Source: a phage. Taken from it: a stretch of DNA of 64,000 nucleotides. The stretch is from sequence record PX068454.1, one strand, 5' to 3'. The position numbers and the translations under genes were made by a program. The notes beneath the pieces are model-generated. The model saw only the letters and a program-made list of their open reading frames with translations, was not told where the DNA came from and made no database searches. The first letter of the stretch is position 1. Each line of letters starts with the position of its first letter. This document shows, piece after piece, positions 8,613 to 16,311 of the stretch.

Positions 8613-8643
8613 AGAAATAAAAAGCCCCGCACAATGGCGGGGC
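8613..8643 (-). terminator. rho-independent terminator
   Basis: Hairpin GCCCCGCC-N-GCGGGGC followed on minus strand by TTTTTATTTCT. Confidence 0.55.
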
Positions 8644-8651
8644 GTTGGTTG

Positions 8652-8873
8652 TTATTTGTCTTTATGGCGGTATCGTTCTGCCTGTCGTTCACGTTCCAAA
8701 AGTAGGCCAGGCAATTTACGATCATAATGATTCCGCCAGATCTTCCCAAATCTTTTTGGCTTATTCAGTTTATTGTTGCGCTGGCGACGTTCCGGCAACT
8801 CTTCGGAATCATGAGGGCGCTTTACAATTTTTTCGAAATTAATTTTCATAACTTCCCCCCTTACTGATCTCAA
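8652..8873 (-). CDS. hypothetical basic protein (73 aa)
   Basis: ORF track. Confidence 0.45.
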   Translation of the reverse strand: MRSVRGEVMKINFEKIVKRPHDSEELPERRQRNNKLNKPKRFGKIWRNHYDRKLPGLLLERERQAERYRHKDK

Positions 8874-9210
8874 TATTTGCCTGAATCGCCCGGATACGCC
8901 GTTTTATAACCTCCTGATCCTTGCAATCATATCCCCAAAAGTCTACGATTTTTGCGCCTCCAGCCTTTAGGCGGTATAGTGTTTCTTGCATCTTGTAGGC
9001 CGGGATCGGTCGCGGTGTTACCTGGTCGCCCTTCTCATTCTTGTACTTGATAATGTAGTCTTCATTGTCGTTGAATACCCAAAATGGGTATTCTGTGAGC
9101 GCGTTGCTCTCTTTTTCGTTTTTAGATTGGATCTTGTTTACAATTAAAGCCGTAGCAATAGCGCCAATAATAAAACTTGCCCCACTGATCATGTTACTTT
9201 CTCCTTTCAT
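8839..9210 (-). CDS. membrane-anchored protein (123 aa)
   Basis: N-terminal hydrophobic helix ISGASFIIGAIATALIV. Confidence 0.55.
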   Translation of the reverse strand: MKGESNMISGASFIIGAIATALIVNKIQSKNEKESNALTEYPFWVFNDNEDYIIKYKNEKGDQVTPRPIPAYKMQETLYRLKAGGAKIVDFWGYDCKDQEVIKRRIRAIQANIEISKGGSYEN

Positions 9211-9268
9211 TGTATTGATAAACTATCTTTATAGATGGCCCTGCTACCAGGACCACCGAAAAAACAGT

Positions 9269-9514
9269 TTATTTGACGATACCGACAAAACAGATCCCGC
9301 CTTCCCCTATATAGGCAATATCGGTAATTTTATAATTTGTCAAGATCCGCGTGTTCAGCTCATTAATAAAATCTGTCATCGCGTTGGTGTAGTTGTCTTC
9401 CGTGTCTAAGGCATAATCCCAGGTGTAAACCTTTTTACGTCCGAAGCCTTTTACCATGATCCGGGCGCTTTTGGTGTTGGTAGGGGCATAGTATTTGGTG
9501 ATTAGTGCTGCCAT
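9269..9514 (-). CDS. hypothetical protein (81 aa)
   Basis: ORF track. Confidence 0.5.
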   Translation of the reverse strand: MAALITKYYAPTNTKSARIMVKGFGRKKVYTWDYALDTEDNYTNAMTDFINELNTRILTNYKITDIAYIGEGGICFVGIVK

Positions 9515-9600
9515 GGTTTTAACTCCTCATTAGTTCAGTGTTAACAGTGTAAAGTTTACTTTATTGATGGCCCTGGAGTCAAGGCCATCTAAAAATAAAT

Positions 9601-9951
9601 TTACTCGTTTTCTTCCAGTTCTGCAAGCTCTTCTTTCACTTCTTCGAGCTCTGTCTGCAATTCCTGGTATTCTTCATCGTCCTCAATATCCAGGCTGTCG
9701 ATGTAGTCGCTAAATCCGCAGCGGTAAGCGATAGGATCTAGCTCTTTGAGGATACGCGACGGAAGAAAAGAAATGTTTCCGATCATAATTTCGCCGTAGA
9801 TCTCGTCTAACCATTCATCATAGTTTTCGTCGTACTTGTCCTCGTCGATTTCAAAGTTATCGATCTTGTCTTCAAGTTCTGCAATCTGTTTTTTCAGGGC
9901 GGCGATCTGCAGGGCTTTTTCTTCGGCGGTCATAGTGATGGAAGTATTCAT
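9601..9951 (-). CDS. acidic coiled-coil protein (116 aa)
   Basis: ORF track; highly acidic composition. Confidence 0.55.
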   Translation of the reverse strand: MNTSITMTAEEKALQIAALKKQIAELEDKIDNFEIDEDKYDENYDEWLDEIYGEIMIGNISFLPSRILKELDPIAYRCGFSDYIDSLDIEDDEEYQELQTELEEVKEELAELEENE

Positions 9952-10003
9952 AATGTTTTCTCCTTTTGGTGTTCTGGGAAGTTTTCCCGTTTATGTGCTT
10001 AGT

Positions 10004-10031
10004 ATTATACTGATTTAAGTTAGCTTGTCAA
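10004..10031 (-). promoter_or_regulatory. sigma70-type promoter TTGACA-16-TATAAT
   Basis: Consensus hexamers; followed by 5' UTR hairpin GGGAA-N-TTCCC at 9974-9989. Confidence 0.65.
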
Positions 10032-10226
10032 TTAAAAGTTTAAGAAAAATTTTGCGAAATCATTGGCGCTACTCATCAACATTTGCGCCAGGATGTAACC
10101 AATGATGCAAACGATAATAGTTACCTTTGTGTGCTGGCGTGTAGTGCTCATCTTCAAGCCTCCTTTTTAACTGGGATTAGTTTACTTTACTGATGGCCCT
10201 GGAGTCAAGGCCATCTAAAAATAAAC

Positions 10227-10622
10227 TCAATAAGTTTTTAGTACTTTCCCGTCCAATCTGTCAAGCTGGATCTCGATAGCTGCAGAAAACCTATTGTAAA
10301 CCACATCGCCCAAGGAGTCCAGCCAATCTATGACGTTATACACCTGCTCTTTATTCTTGCAAGTCCGGATCCGTTTCATTACGTAAGACGGATCAATATT
10401 AGCGCTCTCGTTGTTGTGGTCATGCTCCTGGCCTGCTGCATTAGTTATAGATTTTACAACCACCTGAAAAGGCTTTAAGGTGCCTTTTGCGTTCATCTCA
10501 CGCGCTTTTGCGGCGCGGTTGTTATATGTTACACAACGGCGGCAAATGTTGACCAAATGCATGTCAATAATTTTTTCATCGTTTGCCAGTTCGTTCATGA
10601 TGCGGCGTACGTTCTTATTCAT
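10227..10622 (-). CDS. hypothetical protein (131 aa)
   Basis: ORF track. Confidence 0.55.
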   Translation of the reverse strand: MNKNVRRIMNELANDEKIIDMHLVNICRRCVTYNNRAAKAREMNAKGTLKPFQVVVKSITNAAGQEHDHNNESANIDPSYVMKRIRTCKNKEQVYNVIDWLDSLGDVVYNRFSAAIEIQLDRLDGKVLKTY

Positions 10623-10670
10623 GATCTTTTTCCTTTGTGTTGGCGGGAAACATTCCCGCCTTTTGTGATT

Positions 10671-10698
10671 AGTTTACTTGAATTTTGCAGCGTGTCAA
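10671..10698 (-). promoter_or_regulatory. sigma70-type promoter TTGACA-16-TAAACT
   Basis: Followed by 5' UTR hairpin GGCGGGAA-N-TTCCCGCC at 10642-10660. Confidence 0.6.
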
Positions 10699-10704
10699 CA
10701 ATTT

Positions 10705-11103
10705 TTATTCGTGGGCGCATGTTACAATGTGCTTTTTATAGCCCAGGTGGTTAGCAAGTGCCGACAAAAACTCTTCTTCATAGATCCAGCCGTTGGCAGT
10801 GATCCCCATAGCATTTAATGCGCTCTCAAGTGCTGCATTAGCTTTATCGTAACCGTGACCGCTCGCCTTCCCGCCAGTATAACCGTACTTATTGTTCTTG
10901 TTGTCGTGAATCCAAAAAACGCAGTATTGAGTGTTCCCGCTGGCGGCGGCATAATACCGGATCTCAGCTACTTCGTGCAAATTATTGTCATCGTCCAGGC
11001 CCACCAGATTATAAGCCTTGTAAAATCCACGATCCCGGCGGCAGTTCTTGACATCAGAAAAAGAAAAGTCCGCATTATCAAAATTAAAGGTAGTGGTTTT
11101 CAT
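10705..11103 (-). CDS. hypothetical protein (132 aa)
   Basis: ORF track. Confidence 0.55.
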   Translation of the reverse strand: MKTTTFNFDNADFSFSDVKNCRRDRGFYKAYNLVGLDDDNNLHEVAEIRYYAAASGNTQYCVFWIHDNKNNKYGYTGGKASGHGYDKANAALESALNAMGITANGWIYEEEFLSALANHLGYKKHIVTCAHE

Positions 11104-11167
11104 GATTTTATCCTCTTAGTGTCTTTTGTGCTTTTAGTGTATTTGGTGTCAGACTATATGTCAATAC

Positions 11168-11365
11168 TTATTTTTTATTAAACCAGTGGTTGATCTGGCC
11201 TTTTGTCAGGGCGCAACGATTAAGCTGTTGCCGGGTATAGCTCTGACCGCGACGGAATTTATAAAGGCCTTGCCCGTTGTTGATGGTTACGTCCACCTGG
11301 CAAACCATTTGATCGGTGACGGCCTGGTGAGTGTTGCGACGTACTTTAATTCCGTAGGCGTTCAT
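11168..11365 (-). CDS. hypothetical protein (65 aa)
   Basis: ORF track; RBS AGAGAGG upstream. Confidence 0.5.
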   Translation of the reverse strand: MNAYGIKVRRNTHQAVTDQMVCQVDVTINNGQGLYKFRRGQSYTRQQLNRCALTKGQINHWFNKK

Positions 11366-11778
11366 GATTTTTATCCTCTCTGTTAATTAGTGTGGTGTTG
11401 TTCACCTTGCGAGGATAAGAATAACAGAACTCTCCGAGCTGTCAACCATTAGTTAGAATTATTTTTTGGGAAGAATTCTCCAGCCGCCGCCCCTGCCAGG
11501 TTAACCATCATTTTTCGTACTCTTCTTTATGTTCCAACGCTCCCGCCATAGCCTTTTCAACCAGGGTGATAACTTCAGCGGCGTTGATCGCTACATTTTC
11601 CAGGGGATTATATTACTTTTCATTTTTGTACCTCCTCTTCAATTGTTACCTGACCTGTAGCATAGGCCTGCCAGGCTGGCCCCGCCAGGTTGCAACGGTT
11701 AGCGCATCAGGTTAGAAAAATTTTTTGAAAAGTGTTGACAGCGGCCCCGCCAGGTGGCACAATATACCTATCGAAAGG

Positions 11779-11816
11779 ACGGCAGGCACCGGTGACGGGG
11801 GAGACAACCACCGGGG
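11779..11816 (+). repeat. conserved GC-rich element, copy A
   Basis: GGCAGGCACCGGTGACGGGGGAGACAACCACCGGGG; hairpin CCGGTG/CACCGG; promoter-like TTGACA at 11737. Confidence 0.45.
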
Positions 11817-11915
11817 ATGGGCGCTGCATAAAATGAGAACGGTTATCATTATCATTTAAAAATTTATGCAAAAAATCCTTGCTTTCTTTGTCCTGTGTGA
11901 TACTATAATAACAAG

Positions 11916-11957
11916 CCGGGGCAACAGGGGCCGGGAGACAATCACCGGGGGTGCCCG
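11916..11957 (+). repeat. conserved GC-rich element, copy B
   Basis: GGGAGACAATCACCGGGGGTGCCCGTTAT matches copy C; preceded by perfect TATAAT at 11904-11909. Confidence 0.45.
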
Positions 11958-12591
11958 TTATTCTGCAAACGAGAATGATTATCATTCAAAATTCTAAATG
12001 AGAACTCCTCGCATTTAATAAATTTAATTAGCGTGCTAATTACCCTCCGTAACAATTTCCTATAAAACAGTATCCCATAAAATATTCCCATATAGAAATT
12101 TTAAAAATCCATTTCTGAAAACGAAAAATCGATTTCGTTCCCAAAAATTTCAGGTCGAGCTCCGGAACGATTTCCAGAAAATCCGATTCAGAAAACGAAA
12201 AACAGATCGAGTACTGAGAAATTTATCGAGAAAAATTTTCAGAAAATTCAATCTTTGAAACGAAAAACAGATCGAGTACCCTGAAAGCTGTACCGCAACC
12301 TCAAGATAGTGGTTAGACTATTACCATAAAAAGTCAAGGGTAAGTGGAGGAAGTTCTAGTAGAAGGATGTGAGCATGTGCGGGAAATCTGTAATGGTGGT
12401 CTGGAATATGGTGCAAACGATAGGATGAGCGATTCAGCTTGTCGCGCCTACTCTGAAAAATCCATTTTAGTTTTCGATCCATTTTCTGATTTTCTAAGAA
12501 TTTTAAAATATCTGGTCCGGTGAAATATCAAAAGGAGGAAATCCATTTTAGAAATCCTCCTGATCTCTAGCAACCTGATAACTTAAAAATA

Positions 12592-12924
12592 TCAGGTGCC
12601 CAGTTTGTTCTTTCCTTTATACAACCGTAAGGGTATAGTTTTTGTAACAGTCCATCTCCCCAGCCCTTCCCAGTTCCAGTTGTAGGCATGGTACCCGGTT
12701 ACGCATGCACTGCTAGAGTGGTCATAGGCATAAGAGAACGCTATACGCACCAAATGGAACCAGTCTTTCCACGGTTGTGGTCCGTAAGCTTTTCTCCAAC
12801 ACCGACACAAACTAAATGTCTCAAGAATAGGTAGGATAACAAATCCATACACCGCCACCAGAATAGCCAGCGCAATGATTGTCAGGAATACATACCCTGC
12901 AGTTGAAACGATGATCTCTGTCAT
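12592..12924 (-). CDS. membrane protein (110 aa)
   Basis: Hydrophobic N-terminal region. Confidence 0.5.
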   Translation of the reverse strand: MTEIIVSTAGYVFLTIIALAILVAVYGFVILPILETFSLCRCWRKAYGPQPWKDWFHLVRIAFSYAYDHSSSACVTGYHAYNWNWEGLGRWTVTKTIPLRLYKGKNKLGT

Positions 12925-13124
12925 TTGTCGTCCCCTTTCTTACGGATATAGATGTGAGAGCCTGCCTGTATATAAATTTCTCGACCATCTTCTGCAAAGA
13001 TATGAAATACACGATCACCTTCATACTCGATACGTGATATCTTCATAATGGTCTTTCCACCTGGGATGCGGATCTCGTCCCCCACAGCGATGTTCCATGC
13101 AGATTTAAGCTTAAACATCTGCAC
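12921..13124 (-). CDS. hypothetical protein (67 aa)
   Basis: ORF track; 4-nt overlap coupling. Confidence 0.5.
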   Translation of the reverse strand: MQMFKLKSAWNIAVGDEIRIPGGKTIMKISRIEYEGDRVFHIFAEDGREIYIQAGSHIYIRKKGDDK

Positions 13125-13356
13125 CCTCCTTTGGGAGCTCTAACTCTGGCATAGCCATATACGCCACAACAGGGTTGTAATCAAAGTAGAAATGACCGTT
13201 AATTATCCCAGTTTTGTGAGCATAGTCACCAGATCCTGCAAGAACAACCTCGCAAACTCCGAAATCCACCTTGCCATTCTCATCTGCCATGGCTACAATA
13301 TACTTTCCTAGAGGCATGTTTTTAACGCCGTCTACAAATGTCCACCCTTTGTTCAT
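13111..13356 (-). CDS. hypothetical protein (81 aa)
   Basis: ORF track. Confidence 0.5.
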   Translation of the reverse strand: MNKGWTFVDGVKNMPLGKYIVAMADENGKVDFGVCEVVLAGSGDYAHKTGIINGHFYFDYNPVVAYMAMPELELPKEGADV

Positions 13357-13376
13357 ACTTTATCTCCTGCATTCTC

Positions 13377-13709
13377 TTAAGGTAACCAGTAAACAATCTC
13401 GCCTTTCAGCTTCATGTCGTTTCCAACATAAATTTGCCAGCCATCCATCTTAGCAGCTGCAGGCCCAAAGTCATCCGCACCCCTTACCTCTTTCCAGGTC
13501 CCGTAGTCAGGTTGCCAGATGTAAAATCCACCTTCTTTGTCCCATGCTCCATACACTACGTTTAACAAGTTTCCCATTGCAACAATAGTGGGCCGTGGGA
13601 ACAATGCATCTACAGATGCGCCACAATATCTGGTATCTTTTAAATTGCACTCCCAAAAGATGTCTGCCAGTGTGGCGGCGATAGCTTTACGTCTTTCTAA
13701 TGTTACCAT
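13377..13709 (-). CDS. hypothetical protein (110 aa)
   Basis: ORF track. Confidence 0.55.
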   Translation of the reverse strand: MVTLERRKAIAATLADIFWECNLKDTRYCGASVDALFPRPTIVAMGNLLNVVYGAWDKEGGFYIWQPDYGTWKEVRGADDFGPAAAKMDGWQIYVGNDMKLKGEIVYWLP

Positions 13710-13716
13710 ATCATAC

Positions 13717-13908
13717 TCACTTGTTGTTAATAAGTTCTAAAACTTTCTGTCTTACCTTATCAATATCTGTTGATTCAAAAACTGTACGATATCCCCAACT
13801 TTGCCCATAAGAATGGCTGCAATCACCATAACACCATTGCTCAATTTGATAGTATTCAAGGAACGGGTGCTGTCTAACTATGATACCGTCCCGGTTAAAA
13901 ATTACCAT
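13717..13908 (-). CDS. hypothetical protein (63 aa)
   Basis: ORF track. Confidence 0.45.
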   Translation of the reverse strand: MVIFNRDGIIVRQHPFLEYYQIEQWCYGDCSHSYGQSWGYRTVFESTDIDKVRQKVLELINNK

Positions 13909-13971
13909 AATACATCACTCTCTGTTAGTTTATGCGTATATTATACACTGCAGTTTTCAGATGTCAACCTC

Positions 13972-14166
13972 TTACAGATTGCTCCAGTACAATCGGCATT
14001 TACATTTTGGGCAATGAGGTTCTTTTATGTAATAACCGTCAGTCTTTGGAACACTTTTTGGTGCAGTTTTAATATTGTACCTGGTAAAACATCGGAAGCA
14101 GGTTACCTCTCCAATCTGTTGATCGTTGATCCACTCGCCAGAGTAAAGTTCTTTCTTGTTCCTCAT
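13972..14166 (-). CDS. Cys-rich zinc-ribbon-like protein (64 aa)
   Basis: CxxC and CPKCKC pairs. Confidence 0.5.
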   Translation of the reverse strand: MRNKKELYSGEWINDQQIGEVTCFRCFTRYNIKTAPKSVPKTDGYYIKEPHCPKCKCRLYWSNL

Positions 14167-14402
14167 AAGCCCTCCTCAGTCCTCCAGAACAAATACCAAC
14201 TCTCCGGTAAATGTTTTTGCAAAGTAATAGCCTGAACATTCATCACTTTTGTACAGCCACCACGTGTCCCAGTCAGGAAGTCGTACAAGGATATGCTAGG
14301 CCCATCTATTACTGGGTATTCTTCAAACGGCCCTTGATTATCCGATTGCGTGGACACACATATGTAGGTTTTCATGCCAGAATCTCCAGCCAGAAAGCGC
14401 AC
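14163..14402 (-). CDS. hypothetical protein (79 aa)
   Basis: ORF track. Confidence 0.5.
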   Translation of the reverse strand: MRFLAGDSGMKTYICVSTQSDNQGPFEEYPVIDGPSISLYDFLTGTRGGCTKVMNVQAITLQKHLPESWYLFWRTEEGL

Positions 14403-14596
14403 GGGAACACTTTGATGATTGAATCTTTACCCGGTTCGGCAGTTCTTTTTCCGTAGGGTAGGTAGAAATACCCTCCTGCAGATTCGAACACAGCCCCTTC
14501 GGTTGTATCTATCACAGCTAGAATTAAGATTTTAGTCTCCACAGTGCTCTCCTCTCTTAGTTGTTGTGGAAACTATATCACCTCAGAAGATGGTCG

Positions 14597-15055
14597 TCAA
14601 CACTTTTTGTACTCTACTACAACCACATCAATATCTGTGGTTGCAAGATTAATTACATCTTCTACATGTTCCCACTTTAGACCGCCAATACCGCATCCGA
14701 TTTTAGGAATGTAGAACGGCAATGACACACCTTTGAATACCTCGTTGACTCGCTCAAAACCTTTCATGATTGAGAAGTATTCAGCATTGGGCCCTGGGTA
14801 GAACTGGGTATACAGGTTGATTCCATATACGACCCTGTTCTTGGCAAAATGCTCCCAACAAGAAAACATACCCAGCTTGTCTAGATTCCCATAAGCAGTC
14901 TCTTTGTCGGCTGCCAGTGCTTGAGGGAACTCACGGGCAATATCTTTCGCTATGCCTGCACCCATTGTGTGAAAGCAGTTACAACCGTGGATCAGGTGAC
15001 CAGCACCGCTCTTAAAAAGGGAGATTAAATCTCCCGCTACAGTATCAATAATCAC
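14597..15055 (-). CDS. macro-domain protein (ADP-ribose binding or hydrolysing fold)
   Basis: Motifs HGCNCFHTMGAGIA and IGCGIGG resemble macro-domain Gly-rich loops; 152 aa. Confidence 0.65.
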   Translation of the reverse strand: MIIDTVAGDLISLFKSGAGHLIHGCNCFHTMGAGIAKDIAREFPQALAADKETAYGNLDKLGMFSCWEHFAKNRVVYGINLYTQFYPGPNAEYFSIMKGFERVNEVFKGVSLPFYIPKIGCGIGGLKWEHVEDVINLATTDIDVVVVEYKKC

Positions 15056-15470
15056 GGTATGTCAGCTCCTCTTCCGCAATTTCAAAAAACTCATCCCAAC
15101 CTTGTGGCATATTTGAGTTGCCGAAGTGGCTTTCATAGTAAAGGTTCTCACCACTTGGGAGATAGAAATCTGTTACCTCGTAGAATCCACAATCGTCGCA
15201 CTCGCCTTCTTCAAACTTGGCCTCAACCTTAATACCTAGGAAGGTGAAAAGTTTATGGATATCTTCAGTTTCGAACTCCCAGCAGATATTGTTTTCCGCA
15301 TCGGTGTAGAACTGGATCAGCAGACCATTATCCAGTTTACCAAAATATTCTGTGAAGTAACTACCTTCCCAGAAATCTTTATGACAAATAATATCCATGC
15401 GCTTGCCCATGATAAAGGTGTGGGCGTTTTGGGCATCGTCACGAATCAGTTTTGGCATTTCATAGATCAT
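15045..15470 (-). CDS. hypothetical protein (141 aa), coupled to the macro-domain gene
   Basis: 11-nt overlap with downstream macro gene. Confidence 0.55.
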   Translation of the reverse strand: MIYEMPKLIRDDAQNAHTFIMGKRMDIICHKDFWEGSYFTEYFGKLDNGLLIQFYTDAENNICWEFETEDIHKLFTFLGIKVEAKFEEGECDDCGFYEVTDFYLPSGENLYYESHFGNSNMPQGWDEFFEIAEEELTYRDY

Positions 15471-15538
15471 CTTAGTTCTCCGGGTTCAACAGGTGGTGGT
15501 GCTACAGGAAGATCATAAAACATAGCTATCACAGTCTC

Positions 15539-15736
15539 TTACACAGGAATTGCTTCAAACAGGCCGTTATCTATACCGTCCTTCAGATAGAGATTATATT
15601 CTATGTCGGTATCTGTATAAAGGGCAGCATCCAGCATTCTATCTGTGAGTCCATCCATTGGGTGGAGAAACCACCACCCACGCCAGTCAAAGTAACAGCC
15701 TGGTGCATCTTCTCTTACACGGATTCGATAAATCAT
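15539..15736 (-). CDS. hypothetical protein (65 aa)
   Basis: ORF track. Confidence 0.45.
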   Translation of the reverse strand: MIYRIRVREDAPGCYFDWRGWWFLHPMDGLTDRMLDAALYTDTDIEYNLYLKDGIDNGLFEAIPV

Positions 15737-15832
15737 GGGCAGTGGCCTCCTGTTAGTTATACATCCCAGTTTTCTTCGTTCATCACGTCCTCCCGTTCTA
15801 TGAAGTTATAATTGCACACCTTTCCACCTGTG

Positions 15833-16249
15833 TCAACAGAAAACTTCAACAAACTCTTCCACAGTTTTAATGCCGTGGGAAAAAGGTTTACGGCTATAAC
15901 GGGCAATAGCACTATCAACCACCGCCCGGTACTCCAAATCTTCAGAATATTTCATGAAGCATTGCAGCGTCTCTGGGCAGATAGCTAAATAGCTCCACCA
16001 CCCTTCTTCAGATTGGTAGTCGAATCCCATACTTTCCAACCATGAAGCATATACTCCTGCACCCTCAAGCCAGTGAGTATTTTCATCCAGAAACTTGTTA
16101 ATAGACATGTGAGCTTCTAAGCATTTATCCAGCTCTTTTCCGTTAACCAGCCACGCACTGACCGTGGCGCATCCAAGGTCTACAGATTGAGTTGACAGGT
16201 TGTATTGGTCATAGTTCTCAGGTTTAACAATGATATCTTCTAATGTCAT
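15833..16249 (-). CDS. hypothetical protein (138 aa)
   Basis: ORF track; RBS AAGGAGA upstream. Confidence 0.55.
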   Translation of the reverse strand: MTLEDIIVKPENYDQYNLSTQSVDLGCATVSAWLVNGKELDKCLEAHMSINKFLDENTHWLEGAGVYASWLESMGFDYQSEEGWWSYLAICPETLQCFMKYSEDLEYRAVVDSAIARYSRKPFSHGIKTVEEFVEVFC

Positions 16250-16265
16250 TTTTTAGATCTCCTTA

Positions 16266-16297
16266 TACAAAAATGCCCCACCCTTTCGGGCAGGGCT
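16266..16297 (-). terminator. rho-independent terminator
   Basis: Minus strand GCCCTGCCCGAAAGGGTGGGGC followed by ATTTTTG; same hairpin at 26598-26619. Confidence 0.6.
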
Positions 16298-16311
16298 ATG
16301 TTAACTAAATG

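Larger units (their letters stand above)
11400..12590. promoter_or_regulatory. 1.2-kb non-coding, repeat-rich island
   Basis: No credible ORF; CCGCCAGGT repeats, two conserved GC-rich elements, promoter-like TATAAT at 11904-11909, A-rich degenerate repeats 12100-12290. Confidence 0.5.

Noticed and set aside
11530-11660. Possible frameshifted small gene on the minus strand (RBS GAGGAGG, MKSNIIPWKM-stop, then an out-of-frame peptide-like stretch ..VAINAAEVITLVEKAMAGALEHKEEYEK)
   Set aside because: Needs a frameshift or non-canonical start; cannot tell pseudogene from chance without comparative data.
11737-11765. Plus-strand TTGACA with a weak -10 (CACAAT) upstream of element copy A
   Set aside because: The -10 hexamer is poor; kept only as context, not called as a promoter.
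11707-11985. Minus-strand 92-aa ORF over the conserved GC-rich elements
   Set aside because: Composition is driven by the GC-rich repeats and there is no RBS; better explained as non-coding.
12100-12290. A-rich direct repeats considered as a CRISPR-like array
   Set aside because: Repeats are degenerate, irregularly spaced and AT-rich with no unit-length spacers.
13801-14235. Plus-strand 144-aa ORF
   Set aside because: Antisense to a continuous array of minus-strand genes.
14440-14475. tRNA-like GTTCGAATC on the minus strand
   Set aside because: Flanking bases cannot form a T-stem and no acceptor or anticodon arms could be built; no tRNA is supported anywhere in the window.
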